DNA from: a virus | Lineage: Duplodnaviria; Heunggongvirae; Uroviricota; Caudoviricetes | IMG/VR virus record: IMGVR_UViG_2585427593_000001 | Location: 56,832 to 120,831 of that record | Direction: 5' to 3' (one strand) | DNA length: 64,000 nt | Shown here: positions 44,143 through 54,254 of the stretch, in pieces | Numbering within the stretch: the stretch's first letter is position 1 | Layout: the number at the start of each line of letters is the position of its first letter | The notes under the pieces: model-generated | What the model was told of the DNA's origin: nothing | Database searches by the model: none | The model's input: the letters and a program-made list of their open reading frames with translations, nothing else | Made by a program: the position numbers and the translations under genes

Positions 44143-45618
44143 TTGCCGCGTTTCGACACGTTCTGGAAAGAAAAGGACATTCTAGTGAGCAATATTTCGG
44201 GCAAGACGCTCGTGGCGTGGGGCTTGGAGCCTGGCGCCTGGTTCAAGGAAGCATTGCCGGTCGCCCGTCAGATGCGCGAAGACGGCAAGACGGACAAGCA
44301 GATCATCGATCACCTGTTCACGATGCGCGCGACTGTCGCCGTCGATGAAGGTGTGCCGCTGCGCACCAACAACATTCCGTTCGGCCAGTTCATCGAGCCG
44401 GAAGGTGACGACGAGAAGGCAAATGTCGCCTCGGTTCTCGCTCACATGGATGCGCTGATGCGCGTTCCGACGATCGAGCGCGGCGCAGTCATGCCGGATG
44501 CGTGCCCTTCCGGCTCGGCGCTCGGCACCATCCCTGTCGGTGGTGTGGTCGCGACCAAGAACGCGATCCATCCGGGCTTCCACTCCGCGGATATCTGCTG
44601 CTCGATGGCGATCTCCGTCTTCAAGCGCGACACGCCGGTTGATTACGTCCTCGACATTGCGATGAAGGCGTCTCACTTCGGCGTCGGCAAGCGCACGATG
44701 TCGGAAGTGCGCCAGTATAAGGATCTGGTGCAGCTGGTGAACGGCTTCGAAGCCAATCCCTTCCTGAAGGGGCTGGAAGACTACGCTCTCCAGCACTTCA
44801 TGACGCAGGGCGACGGCAACCACTTCTTCTATGTCGGGCAGCTCGAAAGCACCGGCCAGATGGCGATCGTCACGCACCACGGCTCTCGCGGTCTGGGTGG
44901 TCAGCTCTACAAGCGCGGCAAGGCAGCGGCCGAGCGTCACACGCGCATCGTCGCAGGGCGGATCCCGCTGCACAATGCCTGGATCGAGGCAGATAGCCAG
45001 GTCGGCCAGGACTATTGGCAGGCGCTGCAGGCAATCCGCCTGTGGACGAAGATGAACCACTTTGCGATCCACAACCTGGTCGCCAAGCGCCTCGGCAATC
45101 AGATCGTCGGGCAGTTCTGGAACGAGCACAATTTCGTCTTCCAGCGCTCCGACGGCCTGTTCTACCACGCCAAGGGCGCGACGCCTTCCTTCAATGGCTT
45201 CTCGAAGGATGACCAGGGCCTGACGCTGATCCCGATGAACATGGCGCAGCCGATCCTGATCGCCGAGCATGCCAATAACGAAGACGCGCTCGGCTTCGCG
45301 CCGCACGGCGCCGGCCGCAATCTCTCCCGCACCGGGCATATCAAGCGCCTGATGGAAGAGTTCGGCGACACGCGCGGCCTGGGACCGAATGCGATCAAGG
45401 CGATCATGGAGCGTGAGACCAAGGGTCTCGACGTTCGCTTCTACACCGGCGACCCTGACGTTTCCGAGCTGCCGAGCGCCTACAAGAACGCTGACCAGGT
45501 CCAGGCTCAGATCGAGAAGTTCGGTCTCGCCAAGATCGCCGATCGCGTTCTGCCGCGTGGTTCGATCATGGCCGGCGAAATGAAGTGGCACAAGCCCAAG
45601 AAGTCGAAGGTCGCTTAA
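44143..45618 (+). CDS. rtcB: RtcB-family RNA ligase
   Basis: RtcB metal-ligand and GMP-His blocks are present (MPDACPSGSALGTIPVGG, GDGNHFF, YHAKGATP). Confidence 0.8.
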   Translation: MPRFDTFWKEKDILVSNISGKTLVAWGLEPGAWFKEALPVARQMREDGKTDKQIIDHLFTMRATVAVDEGVPLRTNNIPFGQFIEPEGDDEKANVASVLAHMDALMRVPTIERGAVMPDACPSGSALGTIPVGGVVATKNAIHPGFHSADICCSMAISVFKRDTPVDYVLDIAMKASHFGVGKRTMSEVRQYKDLVQLVNGFEANPFLKGLEDYALQHFMTQGDGNHFFYVGQLESTGQMAIVTHHGSRGLGGQLYKRGKAAAERHTRIVAGRIPLHNAWIEADSQVGQDYWQALQAIRLWTKMNHFAIHNLVAKRLGNQIVGQFWNEHNFVFQRSDGLFYHAKGATPSFNGFSKDDQGLTLIPMNMAQPILIAEHANNEDALGFAPHGAGRNLSRTGHIKRLMEEFGDTRGLGPNAIKAIMERETKGLDVRFYTGDPDVSELPSAYKNADQVQAQIEKFGLAKIADRVLPRGSIMAGEMKWHKPKKSKVA

Positions 45619-45685
45619 ACCCTCCCGCATTCCAAAAGCAACTGCGCGATACTTAATTATCGACGCAAAATGAAAGGATTAGCAG

Positions 45686-47296
45686 ATGACTGCTGTTTCC
45701 AGTGTGACCTCGCACGCCTATACGGGCTCTTCATCTTTCGGGCCTTTTGCCGACGCTGTGCGGAAGCGCTTCGCCTCTGCCATTGAAGGCGGCCAGCCGC
45801 TCTTTACCTCTGACGCTACCGACCTTTGGGATGAATATCTCAACGGCTTCGATGATCCGATCGAGCGCCAGAACCATAACTGCAATTGCTGCCGGAGCTT
45901 CATTCGTCATTACGGCGGGCTTCTCGTCATCGATGACAAGGGCATTCAGCGCTCGGCAATCTGGGACGAGGATCTCGCGCCGTCCTTCTTCAAGAAGGCT
46001 GCAGCAAACCTGAAGAAGGCGGCCGTGCGGGCAAACGTCAACGGTGTCTTCATTTCGTCCGACGCGCAGTGGGGCACTCCGAAGACCGGACCCTGGACCC
46101 ATTTCTCGCTGGCGCAGAGCAATGAACGTGTCCACCGCGACCGCGTCAACTCCGCGTTCCAGGTGATGGCGCAGAAGAAGCAGGACTTCGGAACGCTGAA
46201 GCATGGCCTCGCCGACTACTCTCGCGACGTTGTCGCCTCTGCGGTGAACCTGCTCGAGTCCGAGGCGCTGTATCGTTCGGAAAAGGTCATCGGGCCGGCG
46301 AAGTTCCTGCTCGCGATCCACGACGCCTACAAGGGCCTCTACAAGCACCGCTATGCCAACGTGATCTGGAAGGCAGTCGCAGCCGCCCCGGTCGGCTTCT
46401 GCACGCCGCGTTCGTCCATGATCGGCACGCTTCTCGATGACCTGAAGGAAGACATGAGCGTCGAGCTGGTGAAGAGCCGCTTCAAGACGAAGATGGATCC
46501 GCTCCAGTATCAGCGCCCGCAGGCCGCACCCTCTGCAGGAAACATCGCCGTCGCCGAGAAGCTGGTCGAAAAGCTCGGCATTCAGAACTCGCTCAAGCGG
46601 CGTTTCGCCCGTCTCGATGAGATCACGACCATTTGGACGCCGACGGCAGCTGCCAGCGCGCCGGCGACGGACGGCGTGTTCAGTCATCTGACGCCGAAGA
46701 ATACGCCGGCGAAGTCCGATGCGCCGGTCGCGCCGATCCAGAATATCACCTGGGAGAAGTTCCTGCGGACGGTTGTTCCGAAGGCGCTGGCGATGGAAGT
46801 GCAGATGCGTGCCGGGCACGGCGCATTCGCTGCACTGGTGACGGCGGAGGATCCCGACGCCCCTCCGATCCTGCAGTGGGACCGCGAGGAGAAGCGCAAT
46901 CCGTTCTCCTGGTATCTCTACGGAGGTGGCTCGACTCCTTCCCATTGGGGCCTGCCGACTTCCGGCTGGGTCAAGGTCAACGCCCTCACCTTGAAGCCGT
47001 CCGCCTGGGACCGTGATCCCAACACTCACGACAACCAGGGCAACGGCGCGCTCTTCATCCTCGAAGGTGCTCGCGACCATCGCACGCCTGGCCTGTGCCT
47101 CTTCCCGGAGATCCTCAAGTCGAGCCTTCACTCGATCCGCTCGACGATCGAGGCATTCTCCCACCGCGGGCAGATGTCCGGTCAGAATGAAGCGTCCGCT
47201 TGCGGGCTGCTCTGCGACCAGAAGGGCTTGGGCTATGTGGTCCGCGTGACGACCGATCTCGGCCGCGCCGACTACCGCATCGATCGTTGGGATTGA
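45686..47296 (+). CDS. hypothetical 536-aa protein downstream of rtcB
   Basis: A long ORF with phage codon usage and a CNCC cluster. No recognised domain. Confidence 0.55.
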   Translation: MTAVSSVTSHAYTGSSSFGPFADAVRKRFASAIEGGQPLFTSDATDLWDEYLNGFDDPIERQNHNCNCCRSFIRHYGGLLVIDDKGIQRSAIWDEDLAPSFFKKAAANLKKAAVRANVNGVFISSDAQWGTPKTGPWTHFSLAQSNERVHRDRVNSAFQVMAQKKQDFGTLKHGLADYSRDVVASAVNLLESEALYRSEKVIGPAKFLLAIHDAYKGLYKHRYANVIWKAVAAAPVGFCTPRSSMIGTLLDDLKEDMSVELVKSRFKTKMDPLQYQRPQAAPSAGNIAVAEKLVEKLGIQNSLKRRFARLDEITTIWTPTAAASAPATDGVFSHLTPKNTPAKSDAPVAPIQNITWEKFLRTVVPKALAMEVQMRAGHGAFAALVTAEDPDAPPILQWDREEKRNPFSWYLYGGGSTPSHWGLPTSGWVKVNALTLKPSAWDRDPNTHDNQGNGALFILEGARDHRTPGLCLFPEILKSSLHSIRSTIEAFSHRGQMSGQNEASACGLLCDQKGLGYVVRVTTDLGRADYRIDRWD

Positions 47297-47326
47297 TATC
47301 CCTGCCTGGAAGCGCTCATCACCTGG

Positions 47327-47373
47327 GCGCTTCCAGCTCTGTCTGCACTATAAAGTAAGTAATCAATTACTTA
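47327..47373 (+). promoter_or_regulatory. phage promoter plus hairpin upstream of the NAD salvage genes
   Basis: GCACTATAAAG followed by TAAGTAATCAATTACTTAG. Confidence 0.55.
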
Positions 47374-47382
47374 GAGGACAAC

Positions 47383-47574
47383 ATGAGCGAAGGCACGCAG
47401 CACATTGTAGGTCACGTCACCAACGCCCGCTTTCTCGACATCGGCTCCGACAAGCAGGTGCTCGCCGGCACGTTGGAAGGCAAGACCTTCTATTCCGAGC
47501 CGATCATCGAGCTCGACGGCAACATCATCCGGACTGCCAACGGCAGCTTCCGCTACAGCAGGAACCTTCACTGA
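47383..47574 (+). CDS. hypothetical protein
   Basis: A promoter and hairpin lie upstream. Confidence 0.45.
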   Translation: MSEGTQHIVGHVTNARFLDIGSDKQVLAGTLEGKTFYSEPIIELDGNIIRTANGSFRYSRNLH

Positions 47575-48611
47575 TGCGCGATTTCCACTACGGCATCTAT
47601 ATCGGCCGCTTCCAGCCGCTCCATATCGGCCACGAGCAGGTCATTCGCCAGGCGCTGGAGCGCTGCGAGACCCTGATCATCATCGTCGGATCGAGCTACA
47701 TGGCTCGCAATCCGGTCAACCCCTTCACGTTCGAAGAACGCGCCAAGATGATCCAGATGGCGTTCATGCACGAGGTCTTCAGCGGCCGGATCGTCATTCT
47801 CCCGCTCTACGACTACGAGCACGACTACGACTGGACCGCGAACCTCAAGAAGGGCGTCACCGAAGCCATTCTCGATCATGCCAACAAGGGCGGCATCCGC
47901 CTGCATGGCATTCGCGACTTCAAGATCGCGCTCACCGGCTACGGCAAGGACTCCTCGTCCTACTATCTCGAGATGTTCCCCGAATGGGACAACATTCAGA
48001 TCGACACGCAGCACGGCACGATCAACGCGTCCGATATCCGCTACGACTATTTCCGTCGGCTGCCGCGGATGCCGCACGATGCGGTGAGCCCGAAGACCCT
48101 GCAGTTTCTGAAGGACTTCTCTCTCTCCGAGCCGTTCAAGGATCTCGTCGCCTACAAGGATGCGCTGTCCCGCGACAATATCGATTACGGTCAGGGTCCG
48201 TTTCTCGCGGCAGATGTTCTGATCACCTGGCGCGGCAAGATCCTGCTGATCACGCGCGGCAAGGATGTCGGCAAGGGCACGCTCGCCATGCCGGGCGGCT
48301 TCGTCGAGAGGGGTGAGCGCTTCCTCGATGCCGCGATCCGCGAGCTGAAGGAAGAAGCCAACATCGACGGCCAGGACATCGCCGACTACCTCGCCGGCCA
48401 CATGCTGGCTGACAACCCGAAGCGCTCGCTGCGGGGCAGGATCGTCTCGATGGTCTTCCACTTCGACATTCCCGCTGAGGTCGAGGTCACGACGCCGAAG
48501 GGTGGCGACGATGCCTCACACGCCGACTGGTATGACTTCGAGAGCCTCGGCACCGAGCGCTTCTACGAAGATCACCACACCCTCATCACCAACATCCTTG
48601 CTGGGGAGTAA
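47574..48611 (+). CDS. bifunctional NMN adenylyltransferase / Nudix ADP-ribose pyrophosphatase (NadM/NatV-like)
   Basis: The N-terminal (H/T)xGH cytidylyltransferase motif is GRFQPLHIGH. The C-terminal Nudix box is GGFVERGERFLDAAIRELKEEANI. Confidence 0.8.
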   Translation: MRDFHYGIYIGRFQPLHIGHEQVIRQALERCETLIIIVGSSYMARNPVNPFTFEERAKMIQMAFMHEVFSGRIVILPLYDYEHDYDWTANLKKGVTEAILDHANKGGIRLHGIRDFKIALTGYGKDSSSYYLEMFPEWDNIQIDTQHGTINASDIRYDYFRRLPRMPHDAVSPKTLQFLKDFSLSEPFKDLVAYKDALSRDNIDYGQGPFLAADVLITWRGKILLITRGKDVGKGTLAMPGGFVERGERFLDAAIRELKEEANIDGQDIADYLAGHMLADNPKRSLRGRIVSMVFHFDIPAEVEVTTPKGGDDASHADWYDFESLGTERFYEDHHTLITNILAGE

Positions 48612-48613
48612 CC

Positions 48614-50065
48614 ATGAGCAAGAACATCATCCTGTCGACCGACAGCTACAAGCACAGCCACTTCATCCAGTATCCGCCCGGCGCCAAGTTCGTCTCCTCC
48701 TACATCGAGGCGCGCCGCGGCTCCGATAAGGATCAGATCCTGCAGTTCTTCGGGCTCCAGGCGTTCATCAAGGAATACCTGATGAAGCCGATCACCGATG
48801 ACACGATCCAGGAGGCCCATTCGATCCTCGAGGGTCACGGTCTGCCCTTCAACGAGAGCGACTGGCTGACGATCGCCGACGAGCATCGCGGTTTCCTGCC
48901 GATCGAGATCCAGGCGCTGCCGGAAAGCTCGGTCGTTCCGCGTGGTGTGCCGCTGGTCCAGGTGCGCAACACCGATCCGCGCTTCCCGTGGCTGACGAGC
49001 TTCATCGAGACGGCGCTGCTGCGCGCAATCTGGTATCCGTCTTCCGTCGCGACGCTTTCCTTCATCACGAAGGCGGTCATCTATGACGCGCTGCGCCGCA
49101 CGTCCGAAGATCCGGATGGGCAGGTGCTGTTCAAGCTGCACGACTTCGGCGCCCGCGGCGTTTCGTCCGGCGAGTCCGCTGGTATTGGTGGCGCCGCTCA
49201 CCTGCTGAACTTCCGCGGCAGCGATACGGTCGAGGCGCTCGCCTTCATCAATCGCTTCTACTACCCGAGCGGTGTGCCCGGCTTCTCGATCCCGGCGTCC
49301 GAGCATTCGACCATGACGAGCTGGGGCAAGGACCGTGAGGCCGATGCCTACCGGAACATGCTGAAGGAGTTCGGACACGGGCTCTTCTCGATCGTCTCCG
49401 ACAGCTACGACCTCTTCAACGCGGTCGACAACATCTTCGGCGACGAGCTGAGGAACGATATCCTCGCCCTCGAAGGCGCGCTGGTCGTTCGCCCGGATTC
49501 CGGTGATCCGATCGAGACCCCGATCGCTGTCGTCAAGAAGCTCTGGGATGCCTTCGGTGGCACGACCAACTCGAAGGGCTACAAGGTGCTCAACCCGAAG
49601 GTCCGCGTGATCCAGGGCGACGGCATGAACGGCTTGTCGATCGCGCGGCTTGTCACCCGCATGGTCGAGGAAGGCTTCTCGATCGACAACATCGCTTTCG
49701 GCATGGGCGGTGGGCTGCTGCAGGGCCACATGCGCGATGACATGCGCTTCGCCATGAAGGCCAATGCTATCGACTTCGGCAGCGGCTGGGTCGATGTCCA
49801 GAAGAAGCCGGCGACCGATCCCTTGAAGGCGTCGAAGGCTGGCAGGCAGGCCGTCATCTCCGACGCTTCCGGCAAGCTTATTGCGATCCGCGAGGATGCG
49901 CTGCCGCAGGACGGTCGCAACGAGCTGGAAGTCGTCTACAAGGACGGTCGCCAGTTCAACACCCTCTATTGGGAAGACCTGACGGCACACGCCCACATGC
50001 AGCTGGTGGACTTCTGCGACACCGTCATGAAGCGCACCGAGGAAGAGGAGGCAGCGGCTGCATAA
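48614..50065 (+). CDS. nadV: nicotinamide phosphoribosyltransferase (NAMPT/NadV)
   Basis: The N-terminal LSTDSYKHSHF block and NAPRTase-family blocks throughout the sequence. Confidence 0.85.
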   Translation: MSKNIILSTDSYKHSHFIQYPPGAKFVSSYIEARRGSDKDQILQFFGLQAFIKEYLMKPITDDTIQEAHSILEGHGLPFNESDWLTIADEHRGFLPIEIQALPESSVVPRGVPLVQVRNTDPRFPWLTSFIETALLRAIWYPSSVATLSFITKAVIYDALRRTSEDPDGQVLFKLHDFGARGVSSGESAGIGGAAHLLNFRGSDTVEALAFINRFYYPSGVPGFSIPASEHSTMTSWGKDREADAYRNMLKEFGHGLFSIVSDSYDLFNAVDNIFGDELRNDILALEGALVVRPDSGDPIETPIAVVKKLWDAFGGTTNSKGYKVLNPKVRVIQGDGMNGLSIARLVTRMVEEGFSIDNIAFGMGGGLLQGHMRDDMRFAMKANAIDFGSGWVDVQKKPATDPLKASKAGRQAVISDASGKLIAIREDALPQDGRNELEVVYKDGRQFNTLYWEDLTAHAHMQLVDFCDTVMKRTEEEEAAAA

Positions 50066-50079
50066 GCCGCTCACTCCCT

Positions 50080-50124
50080 CCCGCACTCCGTCGCGTTCAG
50101 CGATATAAGTAATTCATTACTTAG
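50080..50124 (+). promoter_or_regulatory. phage promoter plus hairpin upstream of the membrane/SPFH genes
   Basis: CCGCACTCC-N-GCGATATAAG followed by TAAGTAATTCATTACTTAG. Confidence 0.55.
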
Positions 50125-50141
50125 CTAGAGAGGAAAGCTAA

Positions 50142-50285
50142 TGCGTCCCGAAGATATCAACACCATCAACCCGGACGGCAAGGCGTTCAACGGCAACAAG
50201 GGCGCGCTCATCGTTGCTGTCGTGATCATCGCCGGCGTCCTGATGGGCCTCGCAGTCCATGTCGTGAAGGCGGCCTACAGCTGAT
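50142..50285 (+). CDS. small membrane protein (47 aa)
   Basis: A single transmembrane helix. Under the track threshold. Confidence 0.3.
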
Positions 50286-50398
50286 GGCAAAGGCAATCGG
50301 CGTCTGCGTCATCGCAATCATCATCGCAATGGGCGTCGTCAAGGCGCTCGAACTGCTCCGCAAGCGCGCGGGCAACTCTGAAGGAGAGAAGAAGTAAA
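50285..50398 (+). CDS. small membrane protein (37 aa)
   Basis: A single transmembrane helix, coupled to the neighbouring genes. Confidence 0.25.
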
Positions 50399-51252
50399 TG
50401 GGTAAGTTGGGATTGATCCTGGGCGGTATCATCGCCTTTTTCGTCGTGTGCCTCTTGGGAGGCTCGTTCTATACGGTCGACGAAGGCGAGCGCGCCGTTG
50501 TCGTCAGCCAGGGCAAGATTGCCTCGATCGCCGGACCTGGCTTCCATTGGAAGAAGCCGTTCCTGGATGACGCTCATATCATCAGCGTCCGCACCCAGGC
50601 CGTCGAGTTCCCGGAAGAGCCGGTTTACACCGCCGATCGCCAGACGGCGACCGTGACCTTCTCGGTCAACTACGCGGCAGTTCCGGCTGACGCGGAAGTG
50701 ACCACGCTCTATCGCGAATACCAGACGCTCGAAGGCTTCGAAAGCCGTGCGCTCAAGCGCCAGGTCCGCGAGCAGATCAAGAATGTCTTCGGCACGTTCA
50801 CCGCTGACACCGCGATCCGCGAACGTGGGCGCTTGAACAACGAGGTCGCAAAGGCGATCGCCAACCTCGGCGCCGGATTGGTCAAGGTCGAAGGTTTGAA
50901 CATCGAGAACATCAATTTCTCCGATGTTGTCGAAGCCGCGGCAGAGCAGCGTGCCCAGCAGGAAATGCTGGTCAATACGAAGGAGCAGCAGCGCCTGGTC
51001 GCCGTCAAGGAAGCAGCGATCGCCGTGACCCAGGCTCAGGCTCAGGCCGACAGCCAGCTCGCCGTCGCAAAGGCTAAGGCTGAAGCTGTTCGCTTGAACG
51101 GTGAAGCTGAAGCTGCGGCGATCAAGGCAAAGTCCGATGCTCTTGCTCAGTCACCGAACCTGGTCGAGCTGACGAAGGCCGAGCGCTGGGATGGTAAGTT
51201 GCCGACCCAGTTCGTTCCGGGCTCCGCAACGCCGTTCCTCAACATCAAGTAA
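50398..51252 (+). CDS. SPFH/band-7 (prohibitin/HflC-like) membrane protein
   Basis: An N-terminal transmembrane helix is followed by the SPFH core (FYTVDEGERAVVVSQGK). A terminator follows. Confidence 0.7.
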   Translation: MGKLGLILGGIIAFFVVCLLGGSFYTVDEGERAVVVSQGKIASIAGPGFHWKKPFLDDAHIISVRTQAVEFPEEPVYTADRQTATVTFSVNYAAVPADAEVTTLYREYQTLEGFESRALKRQVREQIKNVFGTFTADTAIRERGRLNNEVAKAIANLGAGLVKVEGLNIENINFSDVVEAAAEQRAQQEMLVNTKEQQRLVAVKEAAIAVTQAQAQADSQLAVAKAKAEAVRLNGEAEAAAIKAKSDALAQSPNLVELTKAERWDGKLPTQFVPGSATPFLNIK

Positions 51253-51276
51253 CCGCGGATCCCGCTTAAATATAGA

Positions 51277-51306
51277 AAAGGCGCCCCATTGGCGCCTTTT
51301 CTTGTT
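51277..51306. terminator. bidirectional rho-independent terminator
   Basis: AAAAGGCGCCCCATTGGCGCCTTTTCTTG lies between the convergent SPFH and secreted-protein genes. Confidence 0.7.
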
Positions 51307-51332
51307 AGAACCGTCGAAGCCGGGAACGGGCG

Positions 51333-51821
51333 TTATGTTTCGAGAATGGTCTTGACCGCATCCAGTTTCCCGCTCACATTTTCCTTCACCTGGATCAGTG
51401 TGCCATAGTTCAATGGGTTGATCCCGTGTGAGCCTCCTGAACAATTCTCATGCATCATCGCCACCATCTTATCCAACCCGTCTTTCGCAGTGTCGATCTG
51501 TTTCGCAGCGTTTGGCGTCTTGCCTTTGGCTACGGCTACTCTTAGGTCGACGAGTTGCTTGTTGACTTCGTTGCTCCGTTTTACAAAAGCGTCATAGGCT
51601 TCCGGTGGCCGTCCGTTGGCGCCACCAGGGCAATTGTTGGTCATCAGCGCCACCATCGCCTGCGCTTGAGTGATTGCCTCTCCTAGGAGTCTGTCGATTG
51701 CGGAGTTCGTGTCGGCGAAAGAGACGCCCGCGGCCAGCGGATTGAGCAGAAGACCTGCACACAGCGTCGCTACAGTCGCGGACTGCCGCAAGCGAGCCGG
51801 AATTCTTCCGAAAGTGAACAT
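51333..51821 (-). CDS. secreted hypothetical protein with duplicated NCxGG motifs
   Basis: A signal peptide is present. It lies on the minus strand at the edge of a low-GC island. Confidence 0.45.
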   Translation of the reverse strand: MFTFGRIPARLRQSATVATLCAGLLLNPLAAGVSFADTNSAIDRLLGEAITQAQAMVALMTNNCPGGANGRPPEAYDAFVKRSNEVNKQLVDLRVAVAKGKTPNAAKQIDTAKDGLDKMVAMMHENCSGGSHGINPLNYGTLIQVKENVSGKLDAVKTILET

Positions 51822-52360
51822 TGTGGAATCTCCTCTCAATTTCGATTGCAAAAGCACTGGCCCGCCAGTGATGACAGGTCGATCAACTTAAAATTGACTT
51901 AAACGACTAGGGATTGCAAGCGTTAGAGTTGTTTATCTTTCGGAGTAATTCTTAGGGTAGTGTATGACCCGATGCAGATAGCCTGCCGACTTCCGAATAG
52001 ACGTCTGCTATAAACGCAGAATCGAGAGCGAAAGCAGCAAGCGCCGAGACCAGCCGGCGCGCCCGTGAGGATGGGCCGCACGGGCGCAGGCGAGTGCCTC
52101 GCTCTTGATACGGAGGATTGCTATGTGGTGGCTACCATTTAGCGTCATGCTGCAGATACGAAAGACCCGGACGAGCTGGTCAATAACCGTCCGGGTCAAT
52201 ATCGTAGGATAGCATAAGAGCTGGCAGGAGGTTCGCGCTTCCTGTCAGCACTCCGGTTATATTATAGCATCAACGGCCATTTTCAAGCCGTCGATCGCCT
52301 CCCGCATTCCATTTTGCAATTTGTGATTATCACTCTGTCAGCAATACGACGGAGAAAAAT

Positions 52361-52678
52361 ATGTATTTTTACAGCGACACGTCGCCTAGAGGTCCATCTG
52401 ATATCAATGTATGGAAGATGAATGGATCCAAATGCTATCTCACCCACTTCTCGAATTACCTGTTTCTAATGTTCGTTTCGAAGCGGGGCACGCGCGCCGA
52501 ACGGGCATCAGTTGAAAAAGAGATCCTCGTTTGCGAGAAGAAGCTCGCCTTCTGGCAGCGGCATCCCCGATTTGACGCCGAATATGTTCAGAAGGAAAAG
52601 GAGAAGATGATCAAGGCTTGGCGTCAGGAGCCTGGCGCCGCCGCGGCAACTGCCTCGGGCACGATCGCGGCGCCGTAA
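52361..52678 (+). CDS. hypothetical protein (AT-rich)
   Basis: An ORF in the accessory region. Confidence 0.3.
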   Translation: MYFYSDTSPRGPSDINVWKMNGSKCYLTHFSNYLFLMFVSKRGTRAERASVEKEILVCEKKLAFWQRHPRFDAEYVQKEKEKMIKAWRQEPGAAAATASGTIAAP

Positions 52679-52839
52679 AAGAGCGCCTCTTTGCCGACCT
52701 GGACCAGGTCGCTCTCTTTTTGATTGACGAAGTCGTCCTTGTTAAAAGGTAGACCGTTACCGACCATGTAGACTTCAATTGCGGAGATAATAGCGAGCCG
52801 GATTGCGCCGGCGTGCTGGACGAATTCCATATGCGTCAT
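52624..52839 (-). CDS. hypothetical protein
   Basis: An ORF convergent with the 52361 ORF. Confidence 0.25.
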   Translation of the reverse strand: MTHMEFVQHAGAIRLAIISAIEVYMVGNGLPFNKDDFVNQKESDLVQVGKEALFYGAAIVPEAVAAAAPGS

Positions 52840-53221
52840 GCCTTTGTTCCTGTTACGTTCAATAGGATATAATTCCTACCCGCGAGGCATAGCGGTGGTC
52901 AACCGGATTCTTAATCAAGTTGTAAGGATCGAATTGCCTGCTGCTAACCAAGCAGCGAGCGTGTATATTTAAACGTGTGCAGATGCAACACTCGGGATCA
53001 AAAATCGATAGCTAGGTAGCTAATAGGCTTCCCAAAATCTGACTATTGAATTTGCTTAGACTTTACCTATTGGGCATTAGATTCCAATGGTTTCAGACAT
53101 GCGTTTGCAGTCAGGAGCGCGTCATCAGCTAAGAAAATCAGTGGGTTCCTCCTTTTAGCTAGAACTCGCTTAAAACGAGTGCCCGAAAGTTTACCGAAAT
53201 CCAACTAACAACGGGTATAAA

Positions 53222-53467
53222 ATGCACCTTGCCTACCTCGCTGTCAGCGTCATCCTTCTAGGAGGCGTAAAGGAACCGGTTCCGCAAATCATCCCGCAGG
53301 GTTTTTACGACGAAAAGGGATGCGATCTGTGGAAGAGGAATATGGAAAGCGCCAAAGTGCCTTTCGTTGATCCGGGCTCGTCTCGGCCGGTTCTCTCCCG
53401 GCAGTTCGTCTGCCAGCCCGTCGACCTGGACGACCTGCAGAAAATGCTCGATCGCGCCCGCGGATAA
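53222..53467 (+). CDS. small hypothetical protein with an N-terminal hydrophobic segment
   Basis: ORF. Confidence 0.3.
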   Translation: MHLAYLAVSVILLGGVKEPVPQIIPQGFYDEKGCDLWKRNMESAKVPFVDPGSSRPVLSRQFVCQPVDLDDLQKMLDRARG

Positions 53468-53507
53468 ACATATGGCCCGTCAAGCGGGCCATCGTCATTT
53501 CTGGTCT

Positions 53508-53726
53508 TTATCGTTTGGTGTCGATCGGAAAGATCTCTGCGCCGAGGAAGTAAGCCTCTCGCAGGAACTGATCCAGGTCGACTTCGCTCTGATCGAGGAA
53601 TCTTGCAACATCGAATGTAAGTTGTTGGTCTTTAAAATGGGTTTCCACGGCATTCAATACTCGTGCCTTTAACCCAGTCAATTGCCCGTCAAACTCCGCC
53701 CTATTCATTGGTTTCTCACTTTCCAT
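53508..53726 (-). CDS. hypothetical protein
   Basis: ORF. Confidence 0.3.
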   Translation of the reverse strand: MESEKPMNRAEFDGQLTGLKARVLNAVETHFKDQQLTFDVARFLDQSEVDLDQFLREAYFLGAEIFPIDTKR

Positions 53727-53934
53727 TTACGCGGATCGCTCTATCTACGACCTGCCCTATATCAGGACTTAAGTAAGGTCATACTGAATATTTACTCTTT
53801 ATCAACCCTCAGTTTCGCCAAAATTTGCGTGAAAGGGTTAACGCGGAGCGTGTGCGCTTCCTTTCGGTTCCTGCTATAAATGATAGAGACTAAAGAAACT
53901 GACAAACGTTTAAATTGTCCAACCGGAGCGTCAC

Positions 53935-54249
53935 ATGACCAATATTTTCACCACTTCTAACCCGATCGATGCCGGCGCTGCGTTGATTGGCAAGGGCGAT
54001 GTCGGCCTTATTCTGAAGGCCGACGGCAGCTGCCAGGCCCTGACCTTTGGCTATGACCGCGAGCGGCTGCTGCGGTCTGATGACGCACAGACCGACGAGG
54101 ATCGCGCCATGCTCGAGCAGGGCAAGAAGCTGTTCGCCCTCGCGTTTGCTGCCGGCCACCCGAAGCTGCTCAAGGTATTGATGGATATAGCGTCTGACCC
54201 CGATGTAGTCGACTTCGACACCCTGACCGCAACGAAGACCTGCCACTGA
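53935..54249 (+). CDS. hypothetical protein
   Basis: ORF with an RBS. Confidence 0.4.
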   Translation: MTNIFTTSNPIDAGAALIGKGDVGLILKADGSCQALTFGYDRERLLRSDDAQTDEDRAMLEQGKKLFALAFAAGHPKLLKVLMDIASDPDVVDFDTLTATKTCH

Positions 54250-54254
54250 CGCAA

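Noticed and set aside
44182-50086. Minus-strand ORFs 44182..45630, 45731..47164, 47568..48461 and 48572..50086.
   Set aside because: They are antisense to rtcB, the 536-aa ORF, the NMNAT-Nudix gene and nadV.
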